A stretch of 64,000 bases of DNA, taken from the NCBI RefSeq assembly GCF_003334315.1, contig NZ_QOWR01000018.1. The stretch is one strand, 5' to 3'. The notes beneath the pieces were generated by a model, which saw only the letters and a program-made list of their open reading frames with translations, was not told where the DNA came from and did no database searches. Positions 1-15,941 of this stretch are shown here, piece after piece. Numbering within the stretch: the first letter of the stretch is position 1; each line of letters begins with the position of its first letter. Both the position numbers and the translations under genes were made by a program. The DNA is from Escherichia coli (GTDB taxonomy: Bacteria; Pseudomonadota; Gammaproteobacteria; Enterobacterales; Enterobacteriaceae).

Positions 1-109
1 AGGCAGCACCTGGCACGGCTGGGACGGAAGTCGCTGTCGTTCTCAAAATCGGTGGAGCTGCATGACAAAGTCATCGGGCATTATCTGAACATAAAACACT
101 ATCAGTAAG

Positions 110-1308
<1,199 letters not shown>

Positions 1309-1350
1309 TTATAGCACAGTGGTGGTGACTTGACCATCGTGCGCGTAGTG

Positions 1351-2652
1351 TCAAGCAGAGGTAAATTGCGGGATGTTATGCCATAACGGCCAGCTAAACG
1401 AGAAGCGGGCACCACCCAGTTCGCTGGTGCCACAATTAACCGTACCGCCCATTGCCAGTGCTATAGAGTGGACAATTGCCAGTCCCAGCCCGCAGCCGCC
1501 GGTTGAGCGACCCCGGCTGGGATCGAGGCGAACAAAAGGTTCAAAGATATGTTCGCGGTTTTCTGGGGCAATCCCTGAGCCATCATCCTCAACAATTAAT
1601 GTCGCTTTATTCCCCGACAGTAGCAGGCTGGTTTCAACCGTTGAATGGCAGTAGCGCAGGGCGTTATTGAGCAAATTATCCAGCACGCGCTCCATTAAGC
1701 GCATATCCAACGCCGCATAATGGCCTTGCATGAGCGTTTTTATCCGTACCGTTTTATCGGGCGTTACTGCCTGAATATCTGCCAGATGCGTTGACAGCCA
1801 CAACGGCAGGTCTGGTTCGCTAAGATGAAGCTCGTTTTGTGGGCGATCGAGTCGGGCATAAGTCAGCAGCTCTTCAATTAAAGCTTCAAGTTGACTGATA
1901 TCACGATTCAACGCCTGGGATTCGGCGGCGCTCAGGTTATCGCTCATCTCCAGTCGATAACGCAGGCGCACTAACGGTGTTCGCAGTTCGTGAGCGATAC
2001 CGTCAATAAGCTGTTTTTTGCTGGCAATTAAGGCGTTGATATTGTCCGCCATCTGGTTAAATGCGACGCCAAGTCGTTCAAAGCTCGAACCCTCATCAAA
2101 GTGAATACGTTCATTGAGATGCCCATCGCCAAATCGTTGCGCCGCTGCTTCCAGTTTTAACATATCCTGCCAGTGCGGACGCATCCAGATAAACACCGGA
2201 AAGGCGAGGGAAATAGCAATAAAAGCGATCAGGGCGATATCCAGCAATCGCATCTGATGGAGATAATAAAGATAAGGAACAGGACCAACTGCCAGCACGT
2301 AGTGGCTGCGCGGGATACGCTGCAAAAACGTGTACTGATCGTCCAGGGCGACAATTTCGCCGCCACGCAGTCGGTGCATGGAAATATCATCAAGATGGTA
2401 TTTACTCAGTGGCTCGACACGCAGATCGAAAGAGAGATTTAAATCCATCTCTTTCAGCGTCTTACCCCAGTCGTGTGGGGGGATCTCACGCAATTCGCTG
2501 CGCATCAGATACAGCGAACTGTTCATCAAATCATCCAGCGACTGTTTGCCCGCGCGTTCGGCGGTAAATTTGTACACCAGCCCAACCAGCAGAGACATCA
2601 CAAGGAAGCAGACAAACAATAACAGGTAAAACTGGATAAACAATTTTTTCAT
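1351..2652 (-). CDS. rstB: sensor histidine kinase RstB
   Basis: 433 aa ORF with N-terminal transmembrane segments, HAMP region and HisKA/HATPase motifs; synteny with rstA. Confidence 0.92.
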   Translation of the reverse strand: MKKLFIQFYLLLFVCFLVMSLLVGLVYKFTAERAGKQSLDDLMNSSLYLMRSELREIPPHDWGKTLKEMDLNLSFDLRVEPLSKYHLDDISMHRLRGGEIVALDDQYTFLQRIPRSHYVLAVGPVPYLYYLHQMRLLDIALIAFIAISLAFPVFIWMRPHWQDMLKLEAAAQRFGDGHLNERIHFDEGSSFERLGVAFNQMADNINALIASKKQLIDGIAHELRTPLVRLRYRLEMSDNLSAAESQALNRDISQLEALIEELLTYARLDRPQNELHLSEPDLPLWLSTHLADIQAVTPDKTVRIKTLMQGHYAALDMRLMERVLDNLLNNALRYCHSTVETSLLLSGNKATLIVEDDGSGIAPENREHIFEPFVRLDPSRGRSTGGCGLGLAIVHSIALAMGGTVNCGTSELGGARFSFSWPLWHNIPQFTSA

Positions 2653-2655
2653 CGC

Positions 2656-3375
2656 TTATTCCCATGCATGAGGCGCAAAAAGATAGCCTTTGTTACGCAC
2701 GGTTTTAATGCGATAAGGTTCTGCGGCGTTATCGAGTAGTTTTTTTCTTAACCGCGAAATAGCCACGTCCACGCTACGATCCAGTCCGTCATAACTGACG
2801 CCGCGTAAATTTTTCAGCAATGCATCGCGGTCCATGATTTGCCCGGCATGGGTAGCTAATTCCCACAATAATTCGAAATCAGCTGTCGAGAGCGAGATTT
2901 CAGTGTTAGCCAGGGTGACTACGCGGTTGATGGGATCGATGGTCAACGTGCCGAAATGCAGGGCTTTGTAGGGAGTCAGAGACGTTTCCTGAAGACCTTT
3001 GGTCAGTGTGGCTTGCTCATTCTGACGCAAATGCAAACGTAAACGCGCTAGCAAAACAGCAGGGGGCGTCGTTTTGAGAATATAGTCGCAGGCACCCATT
3101 TCCAGTGCCAGGATGTGGTTCATATCGCTATCGAGAGAGGTTAGAAGAACAATCGGTCCAGACCACTTTGCGCGTAAATCACGACAAATGGTCATGCCGT
3201 CCTTGCCTGGTAGCATGATGTCGAGTAACACCAAATCCGGATTTTCTCGCAAAATGGTTTCTTCGGCCTGGTCGCCGCGCGGCTCTACGGTAACCTGCAT
3301 ATCATGTTTTGCCAGGTACGCGGCAATCAGTGAACCGACTTCCGCATCATCTTCCACAAATACGATAGTGTTCAT
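2656..3375 (-). CDS. rstA: response regulator RstA (OmpR family), start trimmed to MNTIVFVEDD
   Basis: Receiver domain plus winged-helix C-terminus; 239 aa from the internal ATG. Confidence 0.9.
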   Translation of the reverse strand: MNTIVFVEDDAEVGSLIAAYLAKHDMQVTVEPRGDQAEETILRENPDLVLLDIMLPGKDGMTICRDLRAKWSGPIVLLTSLDSDMNHILALEMGACDYILKTTPPAVLLARLRLHLRQNEQATLTKGLQETSLTPYKALHFGTLTIDPINRVVTLANTEISLSTADFELLWELATHAGQIMDRDALLKNLRGVSYDGLDRSVDVAISRLRKKLLDNAAEPYRIKTVRNKGYLFAPHAWE

Positions 3376-3503
3376 AACATTCACGGTAGATATAAAAACG
3401 TCACAATACACCGCGCTGTTTTTACTTACTATCAATCGTTTCTAAACAAGTTTTCATCAGGTATTCTACTGATGACTTGTTATGGAAGTGTTAAGGTAAA
3501 AAG

Positions 3504-3839
3504 ATGGGGCTGGTAATCAAAGCCGCGCTCGGTGCGCTGGTAGTGCTGTTGATTGGTGTTTTAGCAAAAACGAAAAATTATTATATCGCCGGGCTGATTC
3601 CACTTTTCCCGACCTTTGCGCTTATCGCGCATTATATTGTTGCCAGCGAACGCGGCATTGAAGCCTTACGCGCAACCATCATTTTTAGTATGTGGTCGAT
3701 TATTCCCTATTTTGTTTACCTGGTGTCGCTGTGGTATTTCACCGGAATGATGCGCTTGCCCGCCGCTTTTGTTGGTTCTGTTGCGTGTTGGGGGATAAGC
3801 GCATGGGTGTTGATTATATGCTGGATAAAGCTGCATTAA
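3504..3839 (+). CDS. ydgC: inner membrane protein YdgC (GlpM family)
   Basis: 111 aa hydrophobic ORF; K-12 synteny. Confidence 0.85.
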   Translation: MGLVIKAALGALVVLLIGVLAKTKNYYIAGLIPLFPTFALIAHYIVASERGIEALRATIIFSMWSIIPYFVYLVSLWYFTGMMRLPAAFVGSVACWGISAWVLIICWIKLH

Positions 3840-4558
3840 CGCAGATGACGACCGCCATCAAGTGGGAAACTGCGTCCGGTGACAAAGCAACTGGTAAGTA
3901 AGTAATCGACCAGGTCGATCACTTCTTTCTCGCCAGGCGCGGTTTTCATCAGTGATTTATTCAGCGCCTGTTGTCGATATTCGGCATCATCATGTTCATT
4001 AAACAGGATCAGCGATGGCGCAATAGAATTCACTTTCACTTCCGGTGCCAGCTTGCGGGCAAACGAGCGGGTCATATTATCCAGTGCCGCTTTGCTTGCA
4101 GCATACGCAATATGTTTGTCGCTACCGCGCTCCACCACATAATCGGTAAAGTGAATGATATCGCTGGCGGCGTGTCCGTGCCCACGCAGTAATCTTTCCA
4201 GCGCATGGTTGAGCAGGTATGGGGTATTAACGTGGATCTGCATCATGCAAGCCAGTACGTCGGCCAGTGGCGCACCCGGTTTTTCCGCCATCCACGCACT
4301 GGCGTTATGCAAAATAGCACGCAGACCATGGGTGCTTTTTAGTACTTCATCGGCAAACGCCATCACACCGTCGTTGGTCGAAAAATCAGCCTGAATACAC
4401 TGCGCACCTGCATTAATCAGTCCATCAATGGCTGGATAGTGTGTCCGATAGCTGACAATCACCGGTTGCTTTTGATTAATGAAATGCCATGCGAGGGCGA
4501 GGCCGATGCGACGACCTCCGCCAGTAATTAATATTGGCAAGGGCTGGGTTTTACCCAT
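3836..4558 (-). CDS. folM: dihydromonapterin/dihydrofolate reductase FolM (short-chain dehydrogenase)
   Basis: 240 aa, N-terminal TGGGRRIG Rossmann motif; synteny. Confidence 0.9.
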   Translation of the reverse strand: MGKTQPLPILITGGGRRIGLALAWHFINQKQPVIVSYRTHYPAIDGLINAGAQCIQADFSTNDGVMAFADEVLKSTHGLRAILHNASAWMAEKPGAPLADVLACMMQIHVNTPYLLNHALERLLRGHGHAASDIIHFTDYVVERGSDKHIAYAASKAALDNMTRSFARKLAPEVKVNSIAPSLILFNEHDDAEYRQQALNKSLMKTAPGEKEVIDLVDYLLTSCFVTGRSFPLDGGRHLR

Positions 4559-4594
4559 CGTTATCTCCTTTGCTATCCAACGATGGGATGAACG

Positions 4595-5977
4595 TTATCC
4601 CACCAGCATCCAGGTCGCCGGAACTGAGGCAATTAACAGCATGCCAATCAGCACCATTTCCTGACGGTTCAGTACATTATCATGGGTATGCGTTTTGCGC
4701 GCGTACAGGAAAACCAGCAGCCCCGGTGCATACAGAACAACGGATAACAGCAAGTGCATTGGACCAGAGGCGTACAATAACCATAAGCCATAAATGCAGG
4801 CACCGACACCTACCGCTTTATGCAGTGGACGGGTTGCGATTTTCAGCAAGAACGCGCCGACCAGGAAATAGGGCACCAGAATCATTTCTGAGGCGATGGT
4901 CAGCAACGTGTTGTAATCGGAACCGGTCAGCCAGATGAGTACCAGACAAATTTGCACGCAGATGTTGGTCAACCACAGTGAGGCGGATGGCGCAGCTTGT
5001 GCGTTCTGGCGCGCAAAAATGCGCGGGAATGCTTTATGAGTGGCGGCCAGGAACGGTACTTCTGCTGCCATGATGGTCCAGCTTAAGTACGCGCCGCAAA
5101 CGGAAACGATCAAACCGGCAGCGATGATGATTTCGCCCCATGGTCCCATCATTTCCACCATCAGACCGGCCATTGACGGGTTACGAATTTCAGCCAGTTC
5201 AGGACGTGCCACCACACCCAGCGAAAGCAGCGTTACCAGCAAGTAAACGCCCAGAGCGGAGAGAACCGCCAGCAGTGTCGCTTTGCCAACATCACGTTTA
5301 TTACGCGCACGCGCAGAAACAACCACGGCACCTTCCACACCAATGAAAACCCACAGGGTGATCAGCATGGTGTTTTTCACCTGTTCCCAAACGGGTACGC
5401 CAAGTGCAAGTCCGGTGAAGTCGAGCTTGAAGGTATCCAGTTTGAACATCATCATCGCCAGCACAACAAACAGACCCAGCGGCAACAATTTTGCCAGTGT
5501 CGCCACCAGGTTAATGCTGGCAGCGGTTTGCACCCCGCGCAGGATCAAAAAGTGAACAATCCACAATAAAGCCGATGCACCGACTATCGATTGCCAGGTA
5601 TTACCATCGCCAAACAGGCGCAATTCCGGCGTGTCCGTAAAAAAGCTTAACGCGGAAAAAACGATCACCAGATAGGAGACGTTGGCGATGACTGCGCACA
5701 GCCAGTATCCCCATGCGGAACAAAAGCCGATTAGCTCGCCAAACCCTTCGCGGGCATAGGTAAAGATACCGCCGTCAAGTTCGGGACGAATGCGCGTGAG
5801 GATCAGCATGGCAAAGGCCAGCAATAAAATGCCAGCGCCAGTAATACCCCAGCCGATGAGCAGTGCTGCCGGGCTGGCAACTGCCGCCATATTTTGCGGC
5901 AGACTGAAAACACCCGCGCCCAGCATTGAGCTTAATACCAGCGCGGTGAGTGCGCTCAGTCCCAGTTTCTTTTCCAT
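4595..5977 (-). CDS. ydgI: APC-family amino acid antiporter YdgI (arginine/ornithine antiporter-like)
   Basis: 460 aa polytopic membrane protein; synteny. Confidence 0.88.
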   Translation of the reverse strand: MEKKLGLSALTALVLSSMLGAGVFSLPQNMAAVASPAALLIGWGITGAGILLLAFAMLILTRIRPELDGGIFTYAREGFGELIGFCSAWGYWLCAVIANVSYLVIVFSALSFFTDTPELRLFGDGNTWQSIVGASALLWIVHFLILRGVQTAASINLVATLAKLLPLGLFVVLAMMMFKLDTFKLDFTGLALGVPVWEQVKNTMLITLWVFIGVEGAVVVSARARNKRDVGKATLLAVLSALGVYLLVTLLSLGVVARPELAEIRNPSMAGLMVEMMGPWGEIIIAAGLIVSVCGAYLSWTIMAAEVPFLAATHKAFPRIFARQNAQAAPSASLWLTNICVQICLVLIWLTGSDYNTLLTIASEMILVPYFLVGAFLLKIATRPLHKAVGVGACIYGLWLLYASGPMHLLLSVVLYAPGLLVFLYARKTHTHDNVLNRQEMVLIGMLLIASVPATWMLVG

Positions 5978-6162
5978 CGATATCCAGTGATTAAAACGTG
6001 ATAAGAAGAATAAATATTAGGGCAAAACGCATAAAAATGGAGTTTGCCACTGAAGCGCGGAATTTTACGAAGAGATGTGTCTGCATGCAATGGTCGCGGG
6101 GAAATTTGTGACTAAAAATGCGAAAGGCGGCATCAAGCCGCCTTATAGGAGTAACTGAATAG

Positions 6163-7107
6163 TTATTTATACAGATCTGCGCTGACGGTCAGGTTATTAC
6201 CACGTTCCTGCCACTGGCGGGTGATGTGGTAATACTTAGCACCTTTCTTCGCGGCACGTTTCGCAACCTGATAGGAGACTTCGGTCATGTTGCCGTAGTT
6301 GCCAGAGAATTTGATGCTGTCGAACGGGACCATCATCGCTGCGGTCGCTTTGTTCAGTTCTTCGACTTTAGTGCCATCCGGGAGCGTGACGGTGTAACGC
6401 CCACCTTTTGATGACTGGGTTTCAAAGAAGCGACCGACTTCAGAACTTGGTGATGCGGTAGTCGCAACACCCGGGATCTCAACTTTCTTCGCGGCTTCGC
6501 CACCGGCAGCCAGAGCTGCACGTCCTGCTTCGGAATCTGCCGGGATCACATCCGGGCTCTGGACGATACGTTTCTTAGCATCTTTTTTATAGATGAATGC
6601 AGTAATACGCTGGTTGCCGCCCTGGTTGGCATCGATTTGACGAACGATGTAGAAAGAGTAGGCACCTTTCGCTTTTGCCGCTTTGGTGATGGCATCATTG
6701 ACTTCTGGCTGGCTACGATAGAAGCCCTGGACGGTGACCGTGTCAAACGGTTCAATCAGAACAGCCTGATCTTTCGGCAGTTCGACAACACCGTTAATTA
6801 CGCGATTACTTGTTTCTTCTGCTTTTTCAGCATCGGCTTTATAGAGGTCAGCGACCACACGCCAGTTACCGCTGTTACCAAAATCAGAAGTGTCGACAAC
6901 ATAAAAAGAGGTGGCACCTTCTTTATCTGCGCGACGAGAAACGGCTTTCACCGCTTCGCCAATAGCATTAAAACGACCGGTAACCACTACACGGTCAAAA
7001 GGTTTAACCGCTGCCGCTTGCTCCGGTGTCAGTTCTGTTGCTGCGTTAACGGAGAATGCCGTAGCAGAAAGCAGTGCCGACGCCAGGAGGGTGTTCTTAA
7101 GCTTCAT
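6163..7107 (-). CDS. ydgH: periplasmic protein YdgH (tandem DUF1471 repeats)
   Basis: 314 aa with signal peptide and internally repeated segments; synteny. Confidence 0.85.
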   Translation of the reverse strand: MKLKNTLLASALLSATAFSVNAATELTPEQAAAVKPFDRVVVTGRFNAIGEAVKAVSRRADKEGATSFYVVDTSDFGNSGNWRVVADLYKADAEKAEETSNRVINGVVELPKDQAVLIEPFDTVTVQGFYRSQPEVNDAITKAAKAKGAYSFYIVRQIDANQGGNQRITAFIYKKDAKKRIVQSPDVIPADSEAGRAALAAGGEAAKKVEIPGVATTASPSSEVGRFFETQSSKGGRYTVTLPDGTKVEELNKATAAMMVPFDSIKFSGNYGNMTEVSYQVAKRAAKKGAKYYHITRQWQERGNNLTVSADLYK

Positions 7108-7567
7108 AAAAATAATCCTTCGCCTTGCGCAAACCAGGTACTGGTATTGTTATTAACGAGAAACGTGGCTGATTATTGCATTTAAACGGTGTAACTGTCT
7201 GCGTCATTTTTCATATCACATTCCTTAAGCCAATTTTAATCCTGCTCAAATGACCGTCTATGCTTAAAAAACAGCCGTATCAGCATCATTACTACTGAAG
7301 CAACTGAATTGTATAAGTTAATTTAATGTTAAGTAGTGATTCGTGCCGGGGCGATGTCTCGTTTTACCCGACCGTCGAAGACAATTATCAGTCTTTATCC
7401 GGCGTTCTAAGGTGTTTATCCCACTATCACGGCTGAATCGTTAATATTTTGCGAGTTCACGCCGAAATACTGATTTTTGGCGCTAGATCACAGGCATAAT
7501 TTTCAGTACGTTATAGGGCGTTTGTTACTAATTTATTTTAACGGAGTAACATTTAGCTCGTACATGA

Positions 7568-9163
<1,596 letters not shown>

Positions 9164-9170
9164 GGGGTAA

Positions 9171-10562
<1,392 letters not shown>

Positions 10563-10566
10563 CCCT

Positions 10567-10598
10567 GACGGCCTCTGCTGAGGCCGTCACTCTTTATT
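10567..10598. terminator. hairpin terminator between convergent pntB and tqsA
   Basis: GACGGCCTC-tgctg-AGGCCGTC stem-loop followed by T-rich tract. Confidence 0.5.
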
Positions 10599-11621
10599 GA
10601 GATCGCTTAACAGAACGGCGATGCTTTGACCTCCCGCTGTTTGTTCAAGCGCAATTTTGACAATAATTGTCAACGGCACGGAAAGCAGCATACCCACCGG
10701 TCCTAACAACCATCCCCAAAAAATCAACGACAAAAATACCACCAATGTGGAAAGCCCCAGCCCACGCCCCATGATACGCGGCTCCAGAATATTGCCGAAG
10801 ACCAGATTAATCAGCAGATATCCCGCCAGCACCAGCAACGCTTCGTAGAAGCCATTAAACACCAGTACCTGAGCGATAGGGGGGATTGCCGCGAGGACTG
10901 AACCAATATTCGGGATGTAATTAAGCGCAAAGGCCAGCAATCCCCAGACAAAAGCGAAGCGAACATCGAGTGCGGCGAGCATCGCCCAGGCGACCAGGCC
11001 GGTGATGATGCTGATGGCTGTTTTCAGCACCAGATAATGAGAAACACTGTCAATCGCACGTTGAATCGCCGCCATCCCTTCAACCGGACGCGCCATCATT
11101 TGCTGAAATTTTCCGGGCAATTGTGGCACTTCGAGCAGCATAAACAGCACCGTCAGCAGCAATAAAAATATTGATGACATGGCATTAGATAACTGCGTCA
11201 ATAAGTTGGTGAGCAACGTCATCGCCGCGTTCGGATCAATATAATGCGCCAGCTGGTCAACTGAGACGTCAATCCCTACGCGTTGCAACAACGGTTCAAG
11301 CGCTTGCAGCGGCGTCATAATAGAGTTGCGATATTGCGGTAACGTCCGCGTCAACTCGTTGAGCGCGGAACCCAGATAAGCTAATAGCAACACCATCGCC
11401 ATCACGATGATGGTCATCAAAATCGACACCGCCAGTACACGCGGCACACGCCAGCGGACCATGTGTTGCACCAGCGGGTTAAGAATAACAGCAATAAATA
11501 ATGCGAGAATAAACGGCACGATGATCTCGGCGGCAAAACGGATACCGCAGAGAATAATGACCAGCATTCCCAACATAATGACGATTTTTAGGCCATTGAG
11601 CGTGATGATCGGCTTTGCCAT
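10587..11621 (-). CDS. tqsA: AI-2 transport protein TqsA (YdgG), AI-2E family
   Basis: 344 aa polytopic membrane protein; synteny. Confidence 0.88.
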
Positions 11622-12032
11622 GCTTGTCCCCGTTTTTTCTTCCTTTGCTAATAATAATGTCTTTTTCGCTCCGTCATCATAACGAAAATCAAACCGCTCA
11701 GGTAAAGAAGTGAAAATATTTTGAGTTAATTCTTAAGCTATGATACAAATCAGGCGTGTTCAACTACCGAGGACAATTATCATCCGCGATGACGAGAAGC
11801 AACACTGCGGATAATTGTAATATTATGGACAATTTGTTCAGGACGTTATTTTCTACATTTACCCATCTTCGTACCTCATCCACTATCTTGCTCGTAGGTG
11901 AGCAGCACTGGCGCAACGCGCTTTAGTCCTTTCTTCTGCCAAAGCTTGCGCTATGCGCGGGGCTTGACCACTTTACTTTGGTTTCGCTGAATTAAGCGAA
12001 AATTAAAATAATTCTCTTGCAGGAGAAGGACA

Positions 12033-12398
12033 ATGTATATTTATTGGATTTTATTAGGTCTGGCTATTGCTACAGAAATTACCGGTACGCTGTCAATGAA
12101 ATGGGCGAGCGTCAGTGAGGGAAATGGCGGCTTTATTTTAATGCTGGTGATGATTTCTCTGTCGTATATATTTCTCTCTTTCGCCGTTAAAAAAATCGCC
12201 TTAGGCGTAGCTTATGCGCTGTGGGAAGGTATCGGTATTTTATTTATTACCTTGTTTAGCGTTTTGTTATTCGACGAAAGTTTATCGCTGATGAAAATTG
12301 CCGGGTTAACCACCCTGGTCGCCGGGATTGTGTTGATAAAATCAGGTACCCGTAAAGCGCGTAAACCTGAACTGGAGGTGAACCATGGCGCAGTTTGA
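12033..12398 (+). CDS. mdtJ: spermidine export protein MdtJ (SMR family)
   Basis: 121 aa 4-TM protein, overlapping the mdtI start. Confidence 0.9.
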
Positions 12399-12714
12399 AT
12401 GGGTTCACGCCGCCTGGCTGGCATTGGCAATCGTGCTGGAAATCGTTGCTAACGTCTTTTTGAAATTTTCTGACGGCTTTCGTCGCAAAATATTTGGCTT
12501 GCTCTCCCTGGCGGCGGTGCTGGCTGCCTTTAGTGCGCTTTCTCAAGCCGTTAAAGGGATCGACTTGTCTGTCGCTTATGCATTGTGGGGCGGGTTTGGT
12601 ATTGCCGCCACGTTAGCCGCAGGTTGGATCTTGTTTGGTCAACGGTTAAATCGTAAAGGCTGGATTGGCCTGGTCTTGCTGTTGGCTGGAATGATCATGG
12701 TGAAACTTGCCTGA
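12385..12714 (+). CDS. mdtI: spermidine export protein MdtI (SMR family)
   Basis: 109 aa 4-TM protein. Confidence 0.9.
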
Positions 12715-12720
12715 TGAAGA

Positions 12721-12760
12721 CGCTGCCCGCGCTGTCGGGCAGCGTTTGAACATTATTTTT
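12721..12760. terminator. hairpin terminator downstream of mdtI (convergent with ydgD)
   Basis: CGCTGCCCG-cgctgt-CGGGCAGCG stem-loop then T-rich sequence. Confidence 0.5.
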
Positions 12761-13574
12761 GCGACAGTTGATCCAGCTTGTCGCGAAAACCGGTAACAGA
12801 AATGGCCCGGTTATCGGCGCGCCAGCGATCTTTCGCGGCAGGAGCCGAACTTTGCACCCCAATTAATTGCCAGCCGTCATCGGTATGCAACATCAGAGGC
12901 GAACCGCTGTCACCCGGCAAGGTATCGCACTGATGTGACATCACCGACGTTTGCGCCCAGCCAGTCACTTCACAGTTTTGATGACTGTACAACGTATCGA
13001 GATGATCTTCAGGGTAGCCTGCCTGAGTCACTTTACGACCTGCCGCTTTTAATGCGGCGGTAAGCGCGGCTTTATCTCCCTCAAATAACGGCAACGGCGT
13101 AATGCCAGAAGGGGGATTACGTAGCACAATCAATCCGAAGTCCCACGGCGCGGCTGCGGGAGGTACAATCCAACCATCCCCATCTGCTTTTAACCGCTTT
13201 CCCAGTGTCGGATCAACGCGGCCTTCTATGTCGTGGATCTCATAGCGCCAAAGACCTTTATTTGACACAAAACGCAGCGCCACTGCTTTATCGGCTTTAC
13301 CCTTTGGAGGTGTCAATAAACAGTGTCCTGCCGTTAATGCCAGATTGGGTGCAATCAGCGTCGCCGTACATAAATTGCCGCTGGCCGTTTCCAGTTGCCC
13401 AACCGCATCCCACGGTGATTGGGTCGTGTCATTCACTGGCACACGATCATCATGACCAAAAAACAGGGTGCTGACCTCATCGTTTGCCGATCTGGCAACG
13501 TCTGGTTTATCTGCAAACACAAAAGCAGACGTCAAACTAATTGCACCCAACACTACAGCAATGGTTGTACGCAT
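12753..13574 (-). CDS. ydgD: trypsin-like serine peptidase YdgD
   Basis: 273 aa with signal peptide, TAGHC and GDSGSP active-site motifs. Confidence 0.88.
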
Positions 13575-13849
13575 ATCACACTCTGGTGGGTAATTATGAT
13601 TATTAAAAGCAAACCCTCATAAATACTATAGACGGGACGGGATGAAAGTGGGAGTAAAATCAGATAACTACAATCAGGAAAGATAAAAACGGGCGGCAAT
13701 CAGTGCGCATAAAATAAGGATGATCAGAATGAACTCAAAGCGATAACGGCCCACCATACTACCCTCCGCTAAAGGCGGTGCTAAACGTTACCCGCTTAGC
13801 ACCGTAATTTTCAGGCGCGAGGGGGCGCGCCAGCATTACTGTTGAAAAC

Positions 13850-14158
13850 TTACGCTGCGGGTTGTGCAGCAGGTTTTGCCGGTTGCTGATGGCTGTGTTT
13901 CTTGGCGTGTTTCTTCGCTGCCTGCGCTTTTTGTTCAGGGGCTTTCTGTTCAGCTTTCGTATTTTTATGATGCTTTTTAGCCGCCTGCGCTTTCTGGGCA
14001 GGTGCTGCTTTATGCTGTTTTTTATGATGTGTAGTTTTCGCCGGCGCTGCTTTGGTGGTCGTCGCAGTCGGAGCAGGTGTGGTCGTAGTCTCTGCAGCAA
14101 AGGCGGCAGAAGACAGACCCATAGCAGCGGCAACAACCAGAGCTAATACTTTTTTCAT
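13850..14158 (-). CDS. asr: acid shock protein Asr (102 aa, low-complexity Lys/His/Ala/Gln repeats)
   Basis: [21 protein letters not shown] signal peptide followed by repeated KKHHK / [10 protein letters not shown] motifs. Confidence 0.9.
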   Translation of the reverse strand: MKKVLALVVAAAMGLSSAAFAAETTTTPAPTATTTKAAPAKTTHHKKQHKAAPAQKAQAAKKHHKNTKAEQKAPEQKAQAAKKHAKKHSHQQPAKPAAQPAA

Positions 14159-14581
14159 TGTCATACCCTCAATTTGTTTTTTCATTTAACCCCACTGCGG
14201 GGCCGTTGAAATAACTATATCCCTGGGAATGGCAGACTTCCGTGAGTGGTTGGTTTCAGCGTGTAACGATATGTACAAACGCTGAATAAATTACAGCGTT
14301 GATAATAACGTATTGTGACTTAAGGGAAATTTAGCTACCAATAATAGTAGTCTTGATCGGGTTAACTATTTTACTACTTACAAAGCAGTAGAATAACTGC
14401 GCATCAGTAATAAATGACACACAGCAAAATGAATCCGTTTATTTGGGTACTTATAATCCTGATGACGCTAGACGCGCTGCGGGAATTGGCTGGCGCTTCG
14501 TCTATTTTAGGATGGCTATTAACGTTGGTTTGAGCTGGCAATAAGTCCGGACGGGTATTTACCGCAGTCCGGACTTATTTT

Positions 14582-15835
14582 TCAGGCGTGCAGACGACGA
14601 TGCAAACGCGTCCCGACCAGCAGAGCAATGACCAGCATCAGAGCAATAAATGCGCCGACGCCGTTCCAGCCATAGTTATGCCAGAAAACACCACCCAGCG
14701 TCCCGGCAATACTCGACCCCAGATAGTAACTGAACAGATACAGCGAGGAGGCCTGGCCTTTAGCGCGTTTTGCGCGGGGGCCGATCCAGCTGCTGGCTAC
14801 TGAGTGGGCTGCGAAGAATCCTGCTGAGAAGAGTAACATTCCGGCAAAGATCAGCCACAGCGAGCTGAATAAGGTCATCAGTAAACCAAACAGCATAACC
14901 CCCGTCGAAAACAACATCACTGGACCACGCCCATAGCGGGTGGTCATGGTTCCGGCTTTGGGTGAGCTCCATGTACCGGTCAAATAAGCCAGCGATAATA
15001 AGCCAACCACGGCCTGACTGACGTGCCAGGGGGAGAGCATCAACCGATAGCCGATGTAATTAAACAGCGTGACGAACGACCCCATCAGCAAAAAGCCTTC
15101 TGCGAACAATAACGGTAATCCCCGGTCACGCCAGTGCAGACGAAAGTTGATAAACAACGTCTTAGGGCGCAGCGAAGTCGGGCGAAAATGGCGTGATTCA
15201 GGGAGGATTTTCCAGAACATCAACGCCGAGGCCAGCGCGAAACAACCGATTGCCGCCAGAGCAATTCGCCAGTTGAAAAAGTCCGTGAAGACACCGCTAA
15301 TTAAGCGTCCGCTCATGCCGCCAATTGAGTTGCCGCTGATATACAACCCCATTGAAAAGGCCACGAAACTGGGATGGATTTCCTCGCTAAGATAAGTCAT
15401 GCCAACAGCTGCCACGCCACTTAACGAAAGCCCAATCAAGGCGCGCATAATCAAAATGCCGTGCCAGCTGGTCATCATTGTCGAAAGTAACGTACAAATG
15501 GAGGCCAACAGTAGCGCCGTGACCATCACTGGTTTGCGACCAATGGCATCGGATAGCGGGCCAGTAAACAGCAAACCAATAGCCAACATCGCCGTGGAAA
15601 TGGACAGTGAAATACTACTGTTCGCGGGGGTTAAGCCAAACTCCTGCGAAAGCACCGGAAGGATAGGCTGCACACAATAGAGAAGTGCAAATGTTGCCAG
15701 TCCGGCAGAGAACAGCGCCAGGGTGACGCGCATAAATTGCGGCGTACCGCGTTTAATAAATTGATTTGGCTGAGAAATGCTTTGCTTGTCAGTGTCGCTT
15801 GCCGGAGCGCCATCAACAGTTGTAGTACGGCTCAC
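14582..15835 (-). CDS. ynfM: MFS transporter YnfM
   Basis: 417 aa, 12-TM-like profile; synteny. Confidence 0.88.
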   Translation of the reverse strand: MSRTTTVDGAPASDTDKQSISQPNQFIKRGTPQFMRVTLALFSAGLATFALLYCVQPILPVLSQEFGLTPANSSISLSISTAMLAIGLLFTGPLSDAIGRKPVMVTALLLASICTLLSTMMTSWHGILIMRALIGLSLSGVAAVGMTYLSEEIHPSFVAFSMGLYISGNSIGGMSGRLISGVFTDFFNWRIALAAIGCFALASALMFWKILPESRHFRPTSLRPKTLFINFRLHWRDRGLPLLFAEGFLLMGSFVTLFNYIGYRLMLSPWHVSQAVVGLLSLAYLTGTWSSPKAGTMTTRYGRGPVMLFSTGVMLFGLLMTLFSSLWLIFAGMLLFSAGFFAAHSVASSWIGPRAKRAKGQASSLYLFSYYLGSSIAGTLGGVFWHNYGWNGVGAFIALMLVIALLVGTRLHRRLHA

Positions 15836-15941
15836 TTGAAATCCTTGCTAAATATGCCTGTAGATCAGGCTTATACATAGGGTAGGAAAATCGAATTGTT
15901 CTGTCTAATATATTAATAATCTCAAATAAGATGTTTTAAAT

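Noticed and set aside
1373-1670. Plus-strand ORFs of 93 and 64 aa inside rstB
   Set aside because: Lie entirely antisense within a well-supported kinase gene; no RBS and low-complexity translation.
13759-14146. Arg/Lys-rich 125 aa minus-strand ORF and 94 aa plus-strand ORF overlapping asr
   Set aside because: Alternative-frame and antisense readings of the repetitive asr sequence; asr itself is the recognizable gene.
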